Below are positions 1 through 8,745 of a DNA stretch of 35,596 bases, one piece after another (positions within the stretch are counted from its first letter, which is position 1; every line of letters starts with the position of its first letter). The notes beneath the pieces were generated by a model that did no database searches, was not told where the DNA came from, and saw only the letters and a program-made list of their open reading frames with translations. The translations under genes and the position numbers were made by a program. This DNA comes from Parcubacteria group bacterium CG2_30_36_38 (GTDB taxonomy: Bacteria; Patescibacteriota; Patescibacteriia; UBA2591; CG2-30-36-38): positions 1 to 35,596 of the forward strand of contig MNZE01000036.1 of assembly GCA_001873465.1 (NCBI GenBank), in the 5' to 3' direction.

Positions 1-1
1 A

Positions 2-601
2 GTTACTTATTCTGGCCCACATTACTCAACTTTTGGACAGAAATTGTATTTTGATTACACGCTAGAATATTTTGGGAAGTGTCTAATGAATAAAGAGCCA
101 TTTGAGATATTACCTAGTAGTGAATGGAGTGATGACAAATGGTATAAAGACCAAGAAGAAAGAAATTTAATTACTAACAAAGGGTTTTGGGTAATAAACG
201 AAGGTCACGCTCAAGGAACCATTTTGGGAGCCAACTTGTGCACATTTAATTTACTTCAAGGGACACAATATATGCCAGACTTGAAGAGATCTGTGTTGTT
301 TTTAGAAGATGATTCTGAATCTCAACCTCATCACTTCGATCGAGATCTGCAATCCATAATCCATTTACAAGGATTTGAGGGTGTCAGCGGAATAGTTATT
401 GGTAGATTCCAAAAAGATAGCAAAATGAGCTTTAACTTGCTAAAACAAATAATCAAAACTAAAAAAGCGCTTGTCAATATTCCAGTGATTGGAAACGTAG
501 ATTTCGGACATACTGATCCTAAAATTACTTTTCCTGTCGGCGGCATTGTTTCTTTGGATGCTCTTGGGAACGATGTTAAATTAAGAATAATTCAGCATTA
601 A
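2..601 (+). CDS. LD-carboxypeptidase (peptidase S66, LdcA/MccF family), 5' end outside the window
   Basis: The frame is open from nt 2 (VTYSGPHYSTFGQK...), so the TTG at 44 in the ORF track is internal. The C-terminal S66 domain pattern is present: GANLCTFNLLQGT, FLEDDSE (catalytic Glu) and NVDFGHTDPKITFPVGG (catalytic His). Confidence 0.8.
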   Translation, partial: VTYSGPHYSTFGQKLYFDYTLEYFGKCLMNKEPFEILPSSEWSDDKWYKDQEERNLITNKGFWVINEGHAQGTILGANLCTFNLLQGTQYMPDLKRSVLFLEDDSESQPHHFDRDLQSIIHLQGFEGVSGIVIGRFQKDSKMSFNLLKQIIKTKKALVNIPVIGNVDFGHTDPKITFPVGGIVSLDALGNDVKLRIIQH

Positions 602-649
602 AGATTCTTGAAGTTCTCTACTTTTAAATACTCTTTTAAACTAAAAGGG

Positions 650-675
650 CCTCGCGAGATTCCCGCGGGGTTTTT
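650..675 (+). terminator. Rho-independent terminator after the LD-carboxypeptidase gene
   Basis: A 7-bp GC-rich stem (CCTCGCG / CGCGGGG) with a 7-nt loop is followed by TTTTT, about 50 nt after the stop codon. Confidence 0.65.
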
Positions 676-712
676 ATGATAAAAGACAAAAAATGCCGCT
701 AAAAGCAAATCT

Positions 713-1078
713 TCAAAATAAAGCGATTAATTTAGGTAGAAAAATAATCAATCCTAAAACTAGAGAAATCAGGCAGATAACCAAAACAGCAGCGGCAATT
801 AAATCTTTTATCTCTTTGACTCGGGGAGAATGATTCGGCTCGATAAAATCAAGTAATTTTTCTAAGACAGTATTAAAAACCTCCAAGCTCAAAATTAAAC
901 CTATTAATAAAATAACTATTAACCATTCTAGAAAAGAAATTTTCAAAAACCAGGCAAGAAATAAAACCAGAAGAGTAATCAGAATCATTAGTAAGAAACT
1001 GTGTTGGCCTAAAGCAATTTTTAGACCCCAAAAGGCGTTTTTTAGGCTTTGTTTTAGTTTTTGACAAGATAATTTCAT
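713..1078 (-). CDS. dgkA: Diacylglycerol / undecaprenol kinase family protein (DgkA-like)
   Basis: 121 aa with three hydrophobic helices. It has the prokaryotic DAGK-type motifs LEVFNTVLEKL (E..NT..E) and KEIKDLIAAAVL (KD..aaAV). Confidence 0.75.
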   Translation of the reverse strand: MKLSCQKLKQSLKNAFWGLKIALGQHSFLLMILITLLVLFLAWFLKISFLEWLIVILLIGLILSLEVFNTVLEKLLDFIEPNHSPRVKEIKDLIAAAVLVICLISLVLGLIIFLPKLIALF

Positions 1079-1134
1079 ATTTTATGACGCTTAATATACC
1101 TATAAATATTGAAATTTTTGATTTTTGTTGAATT

Positions 1135-2025
1135 TTAATGGCCTCTTTTTCCACGTGGAACAAAACCCACATATTCAATCTCCTCTTCTAAATCAAGGCC
1201 AAATTTCGCTTTTACTTTTCGTTTAATAAAATCAATTAAACCCATGACCTGTTGAGCTGTGGCTTTCTTGTGATTGACAATGAAATTGGCATGCTGCTTG
1301 CTTACTTCTGCCTTCCCGAGCTGAAAACCCTTTAAACCGCATTGTTCAATCAACCAACCGGCGGACAAGCCAGGCGGATTCTTAAAAATACAACCGGCAC
1401 TCGGTTCTTTCGGCTGTGTCTTTCTTCTCTTTTGTAAATAACCTCTAATTTTGTTTTTTGACTCCTCTCTCTTGCCTTTTTCTAGCTGAATTTCTGCTCC
1501 CAAGATGATCAAATCTTTTCTTTGCTTAAAAATACTCTCTCGATAAGCAAATTTACACTCCTTCACGTCTTTTTCTTCAACCTTTAAAGTTTTACTATTA
1601 AAAACCTCTACTTTTTTAATAAAATCGCTGATGGAATGATTAAAAGCGCCGGCATTACCGCGGATCGCGCCGCCTAAAGTGCCTGGAATGCCGACCAAAC
1701 ACTCTAAACCGGCCAATCCTTTTTTTATTGAAAATTCTAATAATTTATTTAGAGGCAAGCCTGCTCCAGCATAAATCAACCCTTGTTTTTGACATTTGAT
1801 GGCTGACATCTGGCATTTTATCACCAATCCCTTAAAGCCTTGATCAGAAACCAGGATATTGCTTCCGCTGCCTAAAATAAAAAAGGGGGTTTCTTTTTGT
1901 TTGGCCCATTTTATGGCTTCAATCAAATCAGGCTTATTTTCAGCCTGGAAATAATATTGAGAAGGACCCCCAATTTTAAAAGTAGTCAAAGGCGCTAATA
2001 AAATTTTTCCACGTGGAAAAAACAT
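1135..2025 (-). CDS. murB: UDP-N-acetylenolpyruvoylglucosamine reductase
   Basis: 296 aa. The N-terminal TTFKIGGPSQYYF, FILGSGSNILV and GIPGTLGGAIRGNAGA motifs match the FAD-binding domain. The C-terminal SAGCIFKNP...AGWLIEQCGLKG and HANFIVN match the MurB C-terminal domain. Confidence 0.92.
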   Translation of the reverse strand: MFFPRGKILLAPLTTFKIGGPSQYYFQAENKPDLIEAIKWAKQKETPFFILGSGSNILVSDQGFKGLVIKCQMSAIKCQKQGLIYAGAGLPLNKLLEFSIKKGLAGLECLVGIPGTLGGAIRGNAGAFNHSISDFIKKVEVFNSKTLKVEEKDVKECKFAYRESIFKQRKDLIILGAEIQLEKGKREESKNKIRGYLQKRRKTQPKEPSAGCIFKNPPGLSAGWLIEQCGLKGFQLGKAEVSKQHANFIVNHKKATAQQVMGLIDFIKRKVKAKFGLDLEEEIEYVGFVPRGKRGH

Positions 2026-2086
2026 CTTTGAAAATATTGATAAAACTATTTTTTCGCCATTCTATCGGTTCTTCTTGCGTCGTAAA

Positions 2087-2461
2087 TTATTTATTCATTA
2101 TAAAATATCCAGCTAGAATGCCAAGGCTATCAAACCCTACGTCTCTTAAACAACCTTCCCGACCAAAAATAAAAGATTGGTGATATTCATCAGAAACAGC
2201 GTAAAGCAAAGAAAAAATAAAAGCCAAAACAAGGCGTCTTTTAAAAGGTAAATCTAGAACCTGAAACCAGAGAAAAAATAAAATTAGATATTCTGTAATA
2301 TGAGCAAGCTTGCGAAAAATCAAGTCCCAAAAAAGAGGCAGTCCGCTTTTTAACTCAGGAATTGAAGAGAGATAAAAAATTAAGGCTGGCCATAAAATTA
2401 GACTCAACCATTTAACAAGGACTGGTAAACGTCGTTGGTTTTTTGTGCTGTTTTTTGCCAT
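2087..2461 (-). CDS. VanZ family membrane protein
   Basis: 124 aa with four hydrophobic segments. It has KLAHITEYLILF and SDEYHQSFIFGREGCLRDVGFDSLGILAG, typical of VanZ-like proteins. It overlaps the upstream GT gene by 58 nt, so the start is uncertain. Confidence 0.7.
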   Translation of the reverse strand: MAKNSTKNQRRLPVLVKWLSLILWPALIFYLSSIPELKSGLPLFWDLIFRKLAHITEYLILFFLWFQVLDLPFKRRLVLAFIFSLLYAVSDEYHQSFIFGREGCLRDVGFDSLGILAGYFIMNK

Positions 2462-3531
2462 AAATATTTTTCTACTTGCTTTAATCCTTTTTTAGATAAT
2501 TCTTCTCTTAAATGAGGATCTTTAATGATCTCTGCAATTTTCTGAGCCATCTCAACTATATCTTCCGGATTGAAATATAGAGCCGCATCAGAGTAAATTT
2601 CAGGCATTGGTCCGGCCCCTGAAGAGACAACCGGTAAGCCATAAGCCATCGCCTCCAGCCCTGGCAAGCCAAAACCCTCAATTAATGAAGGAAAAACGTA
2701 AGCCAAGGCATTTTGATAAAGCCAGGCCAGCTCAGCATCGGAAACTTTGCCGGGGAAAATGACATTATTGTTAATGCCCATTTCAGCCGCTAAATGTTGC
2801 AATCTCTTGAAAAATGGGTCAATTGCCCCAACTAAAACTAAAGACAATTGGGGAAGATCGCCGGATGAGTAAATTATTTTAAAGGCCTGCAACAATCGCT
2901 CTAAATTCTTATGAACATAAGCATTGCCTACATAGAGTAAATAAGGGATATTCTTCAGCAAGTCAAGCTCTTTGTATTTTTCCAAAAGTCCTTTTTGCGG
3001 CAGATCAGCAGCTTCATAAATAACCTGAACTTTTTGCGGATCAACCGCTGTCAAACTAATAATCTGCTCGCGGCTGAAGAGAGAAACAGTTAAAATCTTT
3101 TCTGCCTTTTTTACGTCATGATTGATGACCAATTTATAGGCTTGTTTTTTCAGCCAATAAATAAAAAAATTGCGGCTAGAACCCTGTCTCCCTGGCAGAC
3201 GATGAATCAGGTCATGAATCGTGACTATAAATTTGCCGGAATAAAGAAGGGGAACATTAAAATGTAAAAAATGGACTAAATCGAGCTTAAATTTTCGCAA
3301 AAGAGCGGGGAAAAAAATCTGTTCTTGCCAGGAATACCATGAATAAGGAGCAAGAACCTTATGGAAATTAGGGCTTTGCGGCTGATAGAAAGCAAAGTTT
3401 TCCTGGCCGAGAAAAACAAAATATTCGTTATTCTGGTCAATTTTTTCTAAATTTTCAATTAATTTTTGGCTGTAACGGCCAATCCCTTTGCCGATCGGGC
3501 CGTAAAGCCGAGCATCAAGACCTATGCGCAT
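2404..3531 (-). CDS. Glycosyltransferase family 4 (GT-B fold, glycos_transf_1)
   Basis: 375 aa. The N-terminal MRIGLDAR...GIGRY is GT4-like. The C-terminal region has FPSLIEGFGLPGLEAMAYGLPVVSS, the E-x7-E region of retaining GT4 enzymes. Confidence 0.85.
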   Translation of the reverse strand: MRIGLDARLYGPIGKGIGRYSQKLIENLEKIDQNNEYFVFLGQENFAFYQPQSPNFHKVLAPYSWYSWQEQIFFPALLRKFKLDLVHFLHFNVPLLYSGKFIVTIHDLIHRLPGRQGSSRNFFIYWLKKQAYKLVINHDVKKAEKILTVSLFSREQIISLTAVDPQKVQVIYEAADLPQKGLLEKYKELDLLKNIPYLLYVGNAYVHKNLERLLQAFKIIYSSGDLPQLSLVLVGAIDPFFKRLQHLAAEMGINNNVIFPGKVSDAELAWLYQNALAYVFPSLIEGFGLPGLEAMAYGLPVVSSGAGPMPEIYSDAALYFNPEDIVEMAQKIAEIIKDPHLREELSKKGLKQVEKYLWQKTAQKTNDVYQSLLNG

Positions 3532-3567
3532 AGGCTTTATTATATCATAAAGCCAAATGATGAAAAG
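3532..3567 (-). promoter_or_regulatory. Extended -10 promoter directly abutting the GT4 start codon (leaderless candidate)
   Basis: The minus strand reads TTTTCA-16nt-TGaTATAAT-aaagcct-ATG. The -10 hexamer is perfect and has a TGn extension. Only 7 nt separate the -10 from the ATG, and there is no Shine-Dalgarno site. Confidence 0.5.
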
Positions 3568-3571
3568 AAAA

Positions 3572-3602
3572 AGCCCTGTTTAGGATTTGCCTAAACAGGG
3601 CT
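3572..3602 (-). terminator. Hairpin terminator after the zinc-ribbon gene
   Basis: A perfect 13-bp stem (AGCCCTGTTTAGG / CCTAAACAGGGCT) with a 5-nt loop. On the minus strand it is followed by TTTTTCTTTTC. Confidence 0.7.
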
Positions 3603-3633
3603 AATACTTTTTATTTGGGTTTTGCCAGAGATG

Positions 3634-3969
3634 TCAATGGACTGGTGTCAATATGACGGTTGTCCCACATTTAGGACATTTTAAAGCTGACGTCCTTGTA
3701 TGAAAAGAACCGGGGTTGCTCACATAACCGCATTTCGCACATCTGGCATAAGGCCACCCATTCCTTCTATGAATCTCCGCTAAAGCATCGCCTACAATTT
3801 TTCTGACTTCATTTTCTTGTTTCTTAAGAAATTGCCGCAAGCCCTTCTTAGACCTTACCCCTTTTTCCGTATAAATCTCGACCGTGTCCCACTCCTTATT
3901 TAAAAGCGCGTCAAAGCCTGTCTGAACGCCCAATTTATACCACTTTCTTTCTCCCTCTGTCATTTCCAT
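3634..3969 (-). CDS. Hypothetical protein with C-terminal CxxC...CxxC zinc ribbon
   Basis: 111 aa with CAKCG...CPKCG cysteine pairs. A strong SD (AAGGAGGAG) lies 4 nt upstream of the ATG. I recognise no family. Confidence 0.6.
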   Translation of the reverse strand: MEMTEGERKWYKLGVQTGFDALLNKEWDTVEIYTEKGVRSKKGLRQFLKKQENEVRKIVGDALAEIHRRNGWPYARCAKCGYVSNPGSFHTRTSALKCPKCGTTVILTPVH

Positions 3970-4029
3970 ATTCTCCTCCTTTTTTTGTTAATTCTCTCTT
4001 CTAAATTTTAAAAGAAACCATTATATTAT

Positions 4030-4058
4030 TAGAATAGACAAAAAATCCAAAATGTCAA
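4030..4058 (-). promoter_or_regulatory. Candidate sigma70-type promoter of the zinc-ribbon gene
   Basis: The minus strand has TTGACA-16nt-TATTCT about 55 nt upstream of the SD-led ATG. Confidence 0.35.
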
Positions 4059-4076
4059 GAACTTGGTTTTTTAAAT

Positions 4077-4109
4077 AAAAAAGTGCCAGAATTATTTTCT
4101 GGCACTTTT
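4077..4109 (-). terminator. Hairpin terminator overlapping the aroD stop codon
   Basis: An inverted repeat AAAAGTGCCAGA / TCTGGCACTTTT surrounds the stop. On the minus strand it is followed by a T-rich run. Confidence 0.55.
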
Positions 4110-4745
4110 ATGATAATTCGCCATTTGTGATTTTCTAAAGAGCAGCATCTCATCGATAGTAAATTGACCAGGAGCAGAACCTTCCGCCGTGTTTAAACAG
4201 GCAAAGGTCAAATAATTTTTAGGATGCAGTCTGGTGATTTTTCCTATCTCACCCATACAAATACCAATCATGTCTTTTCTGGAACTCTCAAGCAATTTGA
4301 TCACCCTCTTAACATCCTTTTTATTATTCGCTTTACACGCAATTTTCACAATATCCGCCTTCTTGGCTAGAATTTTCTGATAAATCTCTTTTAAGTTGAT
4401 TGGCGTCTCGTAAAAATTGTGATAAGAAACGATAATTTTGGTTCTTTTTTTCTCAAGCTTAATGTAATGGCTCAATTCAATGTCAATGTAGGCTGCTCCT
4501 AAATCTATGGCTTTTTTCAGGGAAGACAATCTTTTTTCTTCCGTGCCCTTGAAGTGTCCGCCCTCGTCTTGCGCTCTGTTTGTCACAATCATGGGGACGC
4601 TGGAGCTAGATAGCAATCTCTTCAGGTCCGGCCTCTTAAGATAGTCAATTCTCAGCTCTATGAAGTCCGCACTTTTAGAAGCTTCTTTGATGTCTTTTAA
4701 AGCCTTTTTCATACTTGAAGCAGTTATTGGTATGGCGATTCTCAT
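4092..4745 (-). CDS. aroD: Type I 3-dehydroquinate dehydratase
   Basis: Motifs IELRIDYL, VSYHNFYETP (catalytic His) and DIVKIACKA (Schiff-base Lys) are present. The ATG at 4745 is preceded by the SD AAGGAGGTGA with a 5-nt spacer. I prefer it over the upstream TTG at 4775 used by the ORF track. Confidence 0.88.
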   Translation of the reverse strand: MRIAIPITASSMKKALKDIKEASKSADFIELRIDYLKRPDLKRLLSSSSVPMIVTNRAQDEGGHFKGTEEKRLSSLKKAIDLGAAYIDIELSHYIKLEKKRTKIIVSYHNFYETPINLKEIYQKILAKKADIVKIACKANNKKDVKRVIKLLESSRKDMIGICMGEIGKITRLHPKNYLTFACLNTAEGSAPGQFTIDEMLLFRKSQMANYHKSARK

Positions 4746-4822
4746 AACTCTCACCTCCTTTTTTGACTTTATCAATTTTTTATAAGATGAATAATTATTA
4801 AGGTGCAGGTTGATTGCAAATA

Positions 4823-5695
4823 TTATAACCTATTTTTAAATTTAATCAATTCCCCATCTGTTTCGAAAATGATGTCTCCTGATTTGTCCGTTCGAAAAAT
4901 TTGAGCGCCAATTTTTTCTAGATCTTCAATCACTCTTGGGTCGGGGTGGCCAAAACGATTGTCTCTGCCGCAAGAAATAACTGCGTATTTTGGTTTTGTC
5001 TTTTCTAAAAAATATAAGCTCGAAGAATTTTTGGATCCATGATGAGAAACTTTCAGAACATCAACTTTTAAATCTGCTCCTCTTTTTCTTATCTCGTTCT
5101 CTGCTTCTAGGTCAACATCGCCAGTAAAAAGAAAAGAAACTTTATCAAATGTCATTTTAAAAACAAGAGAAAAATGATTATTATCTCCTCTGCCACTCTC
5201 TTCTAAATCTTGTGGCGGCCAAAAGAAATCTAGATCTAAATTTCTTCCTAAATTTATTTTTGAAGGCCCTTCAGCCACTAAGGGGATTAAATTTTTCTCC
5301 TCAGCTAATTTTTTAAAAAGAGAAAAGACGTCGTCTAACGGACTATTGACTATCAATTTTTTGACCTTAAAACGTTTGAGGACTTCGATTAAACCATTAA
5401 GATGGTCGGGGTCAGGATGGGTTAAAATCATTAAATCTACGACTCGATTGTTAAAGGACAAATAATTATCTATTTTATAGATGACTCCTTTGTCCGGTCC
5501 TCCGTCAATCAGGATGTTTTTATTTTGCGGCGTTTTGATTAAAATTGCATCGCCCTGGCCAATGTCTAAAAAAATAACCCTTAGTTGATTAAGGGGCGGA
5601 GAATAAAAAGAAAAATAAATTAAAAAAACAAAACTGATAAACAAAAGGACGGAAAAAAATTTAACGAGCCTATTTAAAATTTTTCTTTTTTCCAT
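4823..5695 (-). CDS. ComEC/Rec2-related metallo-beta-lactamase domain protein (TM anchor plus MBL domain only)
   Basis: 290 aa with an N-terminal hydrophobic helix. Motifs DIGQGDAILI, LTHPDPDHLNGL and KVSHHGSKNS match the ComEC C-terminal MBL domain. Confidence 0.8.
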   Translation of the reverse strand: MEKRKILNRLVKFFSVLLFISFVFLIYFSFYSPPLNQLRVIFLDIGQGDAILIKTPQNKNILIDGGPDKGVIYKIDNYLSFNNRVVDLMILTHPDPDHLNGLIEVLKRFKVKKLIVNSPLDDVFSLFKKLAEEKNLIPLVAEGPSKINLGRNLDLDFFWPPQDLEESGRGDNNHFSLVFKMTFDKVSFLFTGDVDLEAENEIRKRGADLKVDVLKVSHHGSKNSSSLYFLEKTKPKYAVISCGRDNRFGHPDPRVIEDLEKIGAQIFRTDKSGDIIFETDGELIKFKNRL

Positions 5696-6096
5696 AACAG
5701 TAACACTAACAAAAGTAGAATGCCAGCAGAAATTAATAGGTCGGCTAAATTAAAAACCGCTAGGGGAATTCGCCAATAATCAATAATCGCGCTGTAGAGA
5801 ATCCTGTCGATAAAATTTGAGACAGCGCCAGTAATAATAAGGCCGAAACTAAAAACAAAAAGATTTTTTTTCTTTTTAAGGCTTAAAATCAAGCCCAAAA
5901 TTAAAAAGAAAGAAACTAAAAAAAAGAGTAAATAAAAAATGCCTTCTTTTAAATAAAGATTAAAGGCAAGGTTTCGATTATAAAAAGCTTCCCCGGAAAA
6001 AAGAAAAAACTTTTTTAAATACCGATCAAGAATAAATAAAAAAAGAAGAAAAAAATAAAGAATTATTCTTTTAGTTTTTTCTCGCAATTTAAACAT
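5674..6096 (-). CDS. lspA: Lipoprotein signal peptidase (signal peptidase II)
   Basis: 140 aa and polytopic. TGAVSNFIDRI...IDYW...FNLADLLISAG matches the LspA Asn/Asp catalytic motifs. Confidence 0.85.
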   Translation of the reverse strand: MFKLREKTKRIILYFFLLFLFILDRYLKKFFLFSGEAFYNRNLAFNLYLKEGIFYLLFFLVSFFLILGLILSLKKKKNLFVFSFGLIITGAVSNFIDRILYSAIIDYWRIPLAVFNLADLLISAGILLLLVLLLWKKEKF

Positions 6097-6428
6097 AATC
6101 GAGCTGAAGAGGCCACCCCCAACCTTTTAAGAGGAATCTCTTTCCCGCAGTTCTCGCAGATTCCATAATTTCCTTTCTCTGTCTTCTTCAAGGCCTCGTC
6201 TATCTCAGCCAGAGATTCTTCGAGTCCTATCTTCACGGGCAAAAGATTGCTGAAATCTTCCACTTCGTCAATATTTTCGTCTTCTGCCTGCCCAAATTGG
6301 GGGAATCTTGCTTCATAATTATTCTGACCGCGAGGATCCTTTTCGGCCAGTTCTAAAAGCTGGTGGTTAATTTCTTTTTTTTGTTTTTCTAATTGTTCTT
6401 TAATTTGGAGAAGTTCTTTCTTGTTCAT
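6063..6428 (-). CDS. DksA/TraR family C4-type zinc-finger protein
   Basis: 121 aa. A coiled-coil N-terminus is followed by CENCGKEIPLKRL...ARLCLNC. Confidence 0.8.
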   Translation of the reverse strand: MNKKELLQIKEQLEKQKKEINHQLLELAEKDPRGQNNYEARFPQFGQAEDENIDEVEDFSNLLPVKIGLEESLAEIDEALKKTEKGNYGICENCGKEIPLKRLGVASSARLCLNCEKKLKE

Positions 6429-6551
6429 AATTTTAAGAAATAAGATTAAAAAATAAAAAAGCCGTTTTCAGCTTATAAATTGTCTTAAATTAATAAAAAT
6501 TATATTGTGAAATATTTTTTTGGCAAGAGAAGTTATCCACACCCATACTTT

Positions 6552-7583
6552 CTAATCCATCCTTAAAATAGCAATAATTTCCCCTTTTTTTTCATAAATA
6601 AAAACATCATTTAGGTTGCCAAAATTAATTGACCAATAAAAAAAGGGGAAAGGGTTCGAAAAAGAAATGTTTTTTTCTAAAGAAGAAGAACTATTAGAAA
6701 AAAAGAGGCAATCATCCCGCTTCGCTAAAAACATTCTTTTTTCTTCTAAAGAATAGAGGGTGGTATCCCCCAATTTTTTTTCTTGAAAATTAAATCGCTC
6801 TGGGTCAACCACTAATTCTTTAAATTCTGTCCCGTCTGGCAAGCGAGATTCCTTCTCAAGCAGATTCTTCCAGGCCAAAGATTCTTTTATCCTAAATAAA
6901 GTTTCTTCTATTGACTCTTTCTCTCGCTGCGAGAAAATGAAGTCTCCCTTTAAAATCTCAGAGAGATTAAATAATTTTTCAAGAGAAAAAGTTTCGGATT
7001 GGAATAAACTTCTTTTTAAAAAGGCGGCCTCGTTAGTCAAAAATTTCCCTTTTAAAATTATTTTATTTTGTCGCATCTCTGGGGTGAAATAAATATATTG
7101 AGGCCTTGCCTGCCCTCTAGACAAGCTGGCCTGGTTTAAAAAAAAGTCTTTTGAACTGGAAATAGCAAAAATGGCCCGGCTTAAAGCCTGAGGATAAAAA
7201 TAGCTCTCCCCTTTCTTTGTAAGAAAAGGATAGTCACGCCCTTTCTGCTTTGTTAGTAAAAGCAAGGCTATCTCTTTATCTTTAATAACTATGCCAATTT
7301 CTTCAACTTGCGACAAGGTATCTTTATGGAGATTGCATCCCAAGAGCGAGAATTTATCTTCTTTTTTCTCTAACCAATTTGAAAATTCTTCTGGCCAAAA
7401 TTTATTAAGCCATTCTGTTTCTTTCTTGCCTTGATAAAAAAATTTATTAAGATCAAAGTGCAAATAAATATCTGCATCGGCAGGTACAAAACCGATCAGA
7501 TTATCAGGAGAATAAGTAAAAAAGAAAATGATGCCTAAACCAAAAAAGATAGAAAAAATAATGACAAGTGCTATTTTCTTCAT
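6552..7583 (-). CDS. Hypothetical membrane-anchored protein
   Basis: 343 aa with an N-terminal TM helix (ALVIIFSIFFGLGIIFFF). I recognise no motif. Confidence 0.55.
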   Translation of the reverse strand: MKKIALVIIFSIFFGLGIIFFFTYSPDNLIGFVPADADIYLHFDLNKFFYQGKKETEWLNKFWPEEFSNWLEKKEDKFSLLGCNLHKDTLSQVEEIGIVIKDKEIALLLLTKQKGRDYPFLTKKGESYFYPQALSRAIFAISSSKDFFLNQASLSRGQARPQYIYFTPEMRQNKIILKGKFLTNEAAFLKRSLFQSETFSLEKLFNLSEILKGDFIFSQREKESIEETLFRIKESLAWKNLLEKESRLPDGTEFKELVVDPERFNFQEKKLGDTTLYSLEEKRMFLAKRDDCLFFSNSSSSLEKNISFSNPFPFFYWSINFGNLNDVFIYEKKGEIIAILRMD

Positions 7584-7634
7584 AAGAAATATTTTCCTTT
7601 ATTTTTTAAAAAAGTCAACCCTCCTTGATTTCTA

Positions 7635-7663
7635 TTGACTTATTTTAGTAAAACCTATAAAAT
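7635..7663 (+). promoter_or_regulatory. Near-consensus promoter of rpsA-ftsH, positioned for a leaderless transcript
   Basis: TTGACT-17nt-TAAAAT, then 7 nt (aaacttt) before the ATG at 7671. There is no SD. Confidence 0.55.
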
Positions 7664-7670
7664 AAACTTT

Positions 7671-8732
7671 ATGGCTACAGAAGAAAAAAAAGAAGAAGAA
7701 AATAAAAAAATAAAATTCCCGCTCCGAGATGGAGATTTGGTCGAAGGAACAATTATTGCTCTTAAACAAGACGGAATCTATTTAGATATTGGAGGTCTTT
7801 TAACCGGCATTATCAGGGGCCCTGAAGCAATAGACGAATCGGGCAAACTAAGAAGCGCTAAAAAAGGGGACAAAATGGAAGCAACTGTCATAGAGGTAGA
7901 AAATGAAAAAGGATTGGTCGAGCTTTCGCTGCGTTACGCTAGCCATAAAAAGGCCTGGGACAGCTTAAAAGAAATCTTTGGAAAAGGCGAGGTTGTTAAG
8001 ATAAAAATTGTTGATGCTAATAAAGGTGGCTTAATCGTCAAATATAAAAATTTTCAAGGATTTTTGCCGGCTTCTCAACTTCAACCCCAGCATTATCCGC
8101 GCGTCGAAGACGGAGATAAAATGAAAATTTTAGAAAAACTTAAAGCTTTTGTCGGCAAAGAACTAGACGCAAAAATTATTACTCTTGAAGAAACAGAAGA
8201 AAAAATTATCTTTTCAGAAAAACAAATCCAGCCAGAAGAGGAAACAATAAAATATAAAAAGGGGGATATAGTCGAGGCAAAAGTTACTGGTCTGGCTAGT
8301 TTTGGCGCTTTTGTCACTTTTGATAAAGGAGGAGAGGGACTAATTCATATTTCTGAATTAGATTGGAAAAGAATAGAAAAACCTGAAGAGGCAGTAAAAA
8401 TAGGACAAGTCGCTAAGGCAAAAATTATTGATTTTGCCAAAGATGGCAAAGCTGCTTTATCAATAAAACAACTGCGTGATGATCCTTGGAAAAAAATAAA
8501 TGAAAAATATCATGTTGACCAAATAGTCAAAGGCAAGGTTCTGAAGATCAACCCCTTCGGCTTGTTTGTTTTACTTGATTCTGATATCCATGGTTTATGC
8601 CATGTTTCTGAGCTTGATCTTAAAGAAGGAGAAAAAATAGAATCAAAATTCAAGCTAGGAGAAGAAAAGCAGTTTAAAATTATCTCTCTAGAACCAGAAG
8701 ACCATCGCCTTTCCTTGTCTCCCTCTAAATGA
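7671..8732 (+). CDS. rpsA: 30S ribosomal protein S1 (four S1 RNA-binding domains)
   Basis: Repeated S1-domain signatures: G.lVEGTI..., [26 protein letters not shown]...[23 protein letters not shown]...GLCHVSEL. I prefer the ATG at 7671 because the TTG at 7635 lies inside the -35 box. Confidence 0.88.
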   Translation: MATEEKKEEENKKIKFPLRDGDLVEGTIIALKQDGIYLDIGGLLTGIIRGPEAIDESGKLRSAKKGDKMEATVIEVENEKGLVELSLRYASHKKAWDSLKEIFGKGEVVKIKIVDANKGGLIVKYKNFQGFLPASQLQPQHYPRVEDGDKMKILEKLKAFVGKELDAKIITLEETEEKIIFSEKQIQPEEETIKYKKGDIVEAKVTGLASFGAFVTFDKGGEGLIHISELDWKRIEKPEEAVKIGQVAKAKIIDFAKDGKAALSIKQLRDDPWKKINEKYHVDQIVKGKVLKINPFGLFVLLDSDIHGLCHVSELDLKEGEKIESKFKLGEEKQFKIISLEPEDHRLSLSPSK

Positions 8733-8745
8733 TTATTTAATTTCT

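Noticed and set aside
873-1178. 101-aa minus-strand ORF overlapping dgkA and the murB 3' end.
   Set aside because: It is an alternative frame of the well-supported dgkA gene with no motif and no independent start signals.
7635-7670. Upstream non-ATG starts from the ORF track: TTG 7635 for rpsA, TTG 21057 for yebC and TTG 4775 for aroD.
   Set aside because: 7635 coincides with the -35 hexamer. YebC proteins canonically begin MSGHSKW, which is the ATG at 21090. The aroD ATG at 4745 has a perfect SD lying within the proposed extension.
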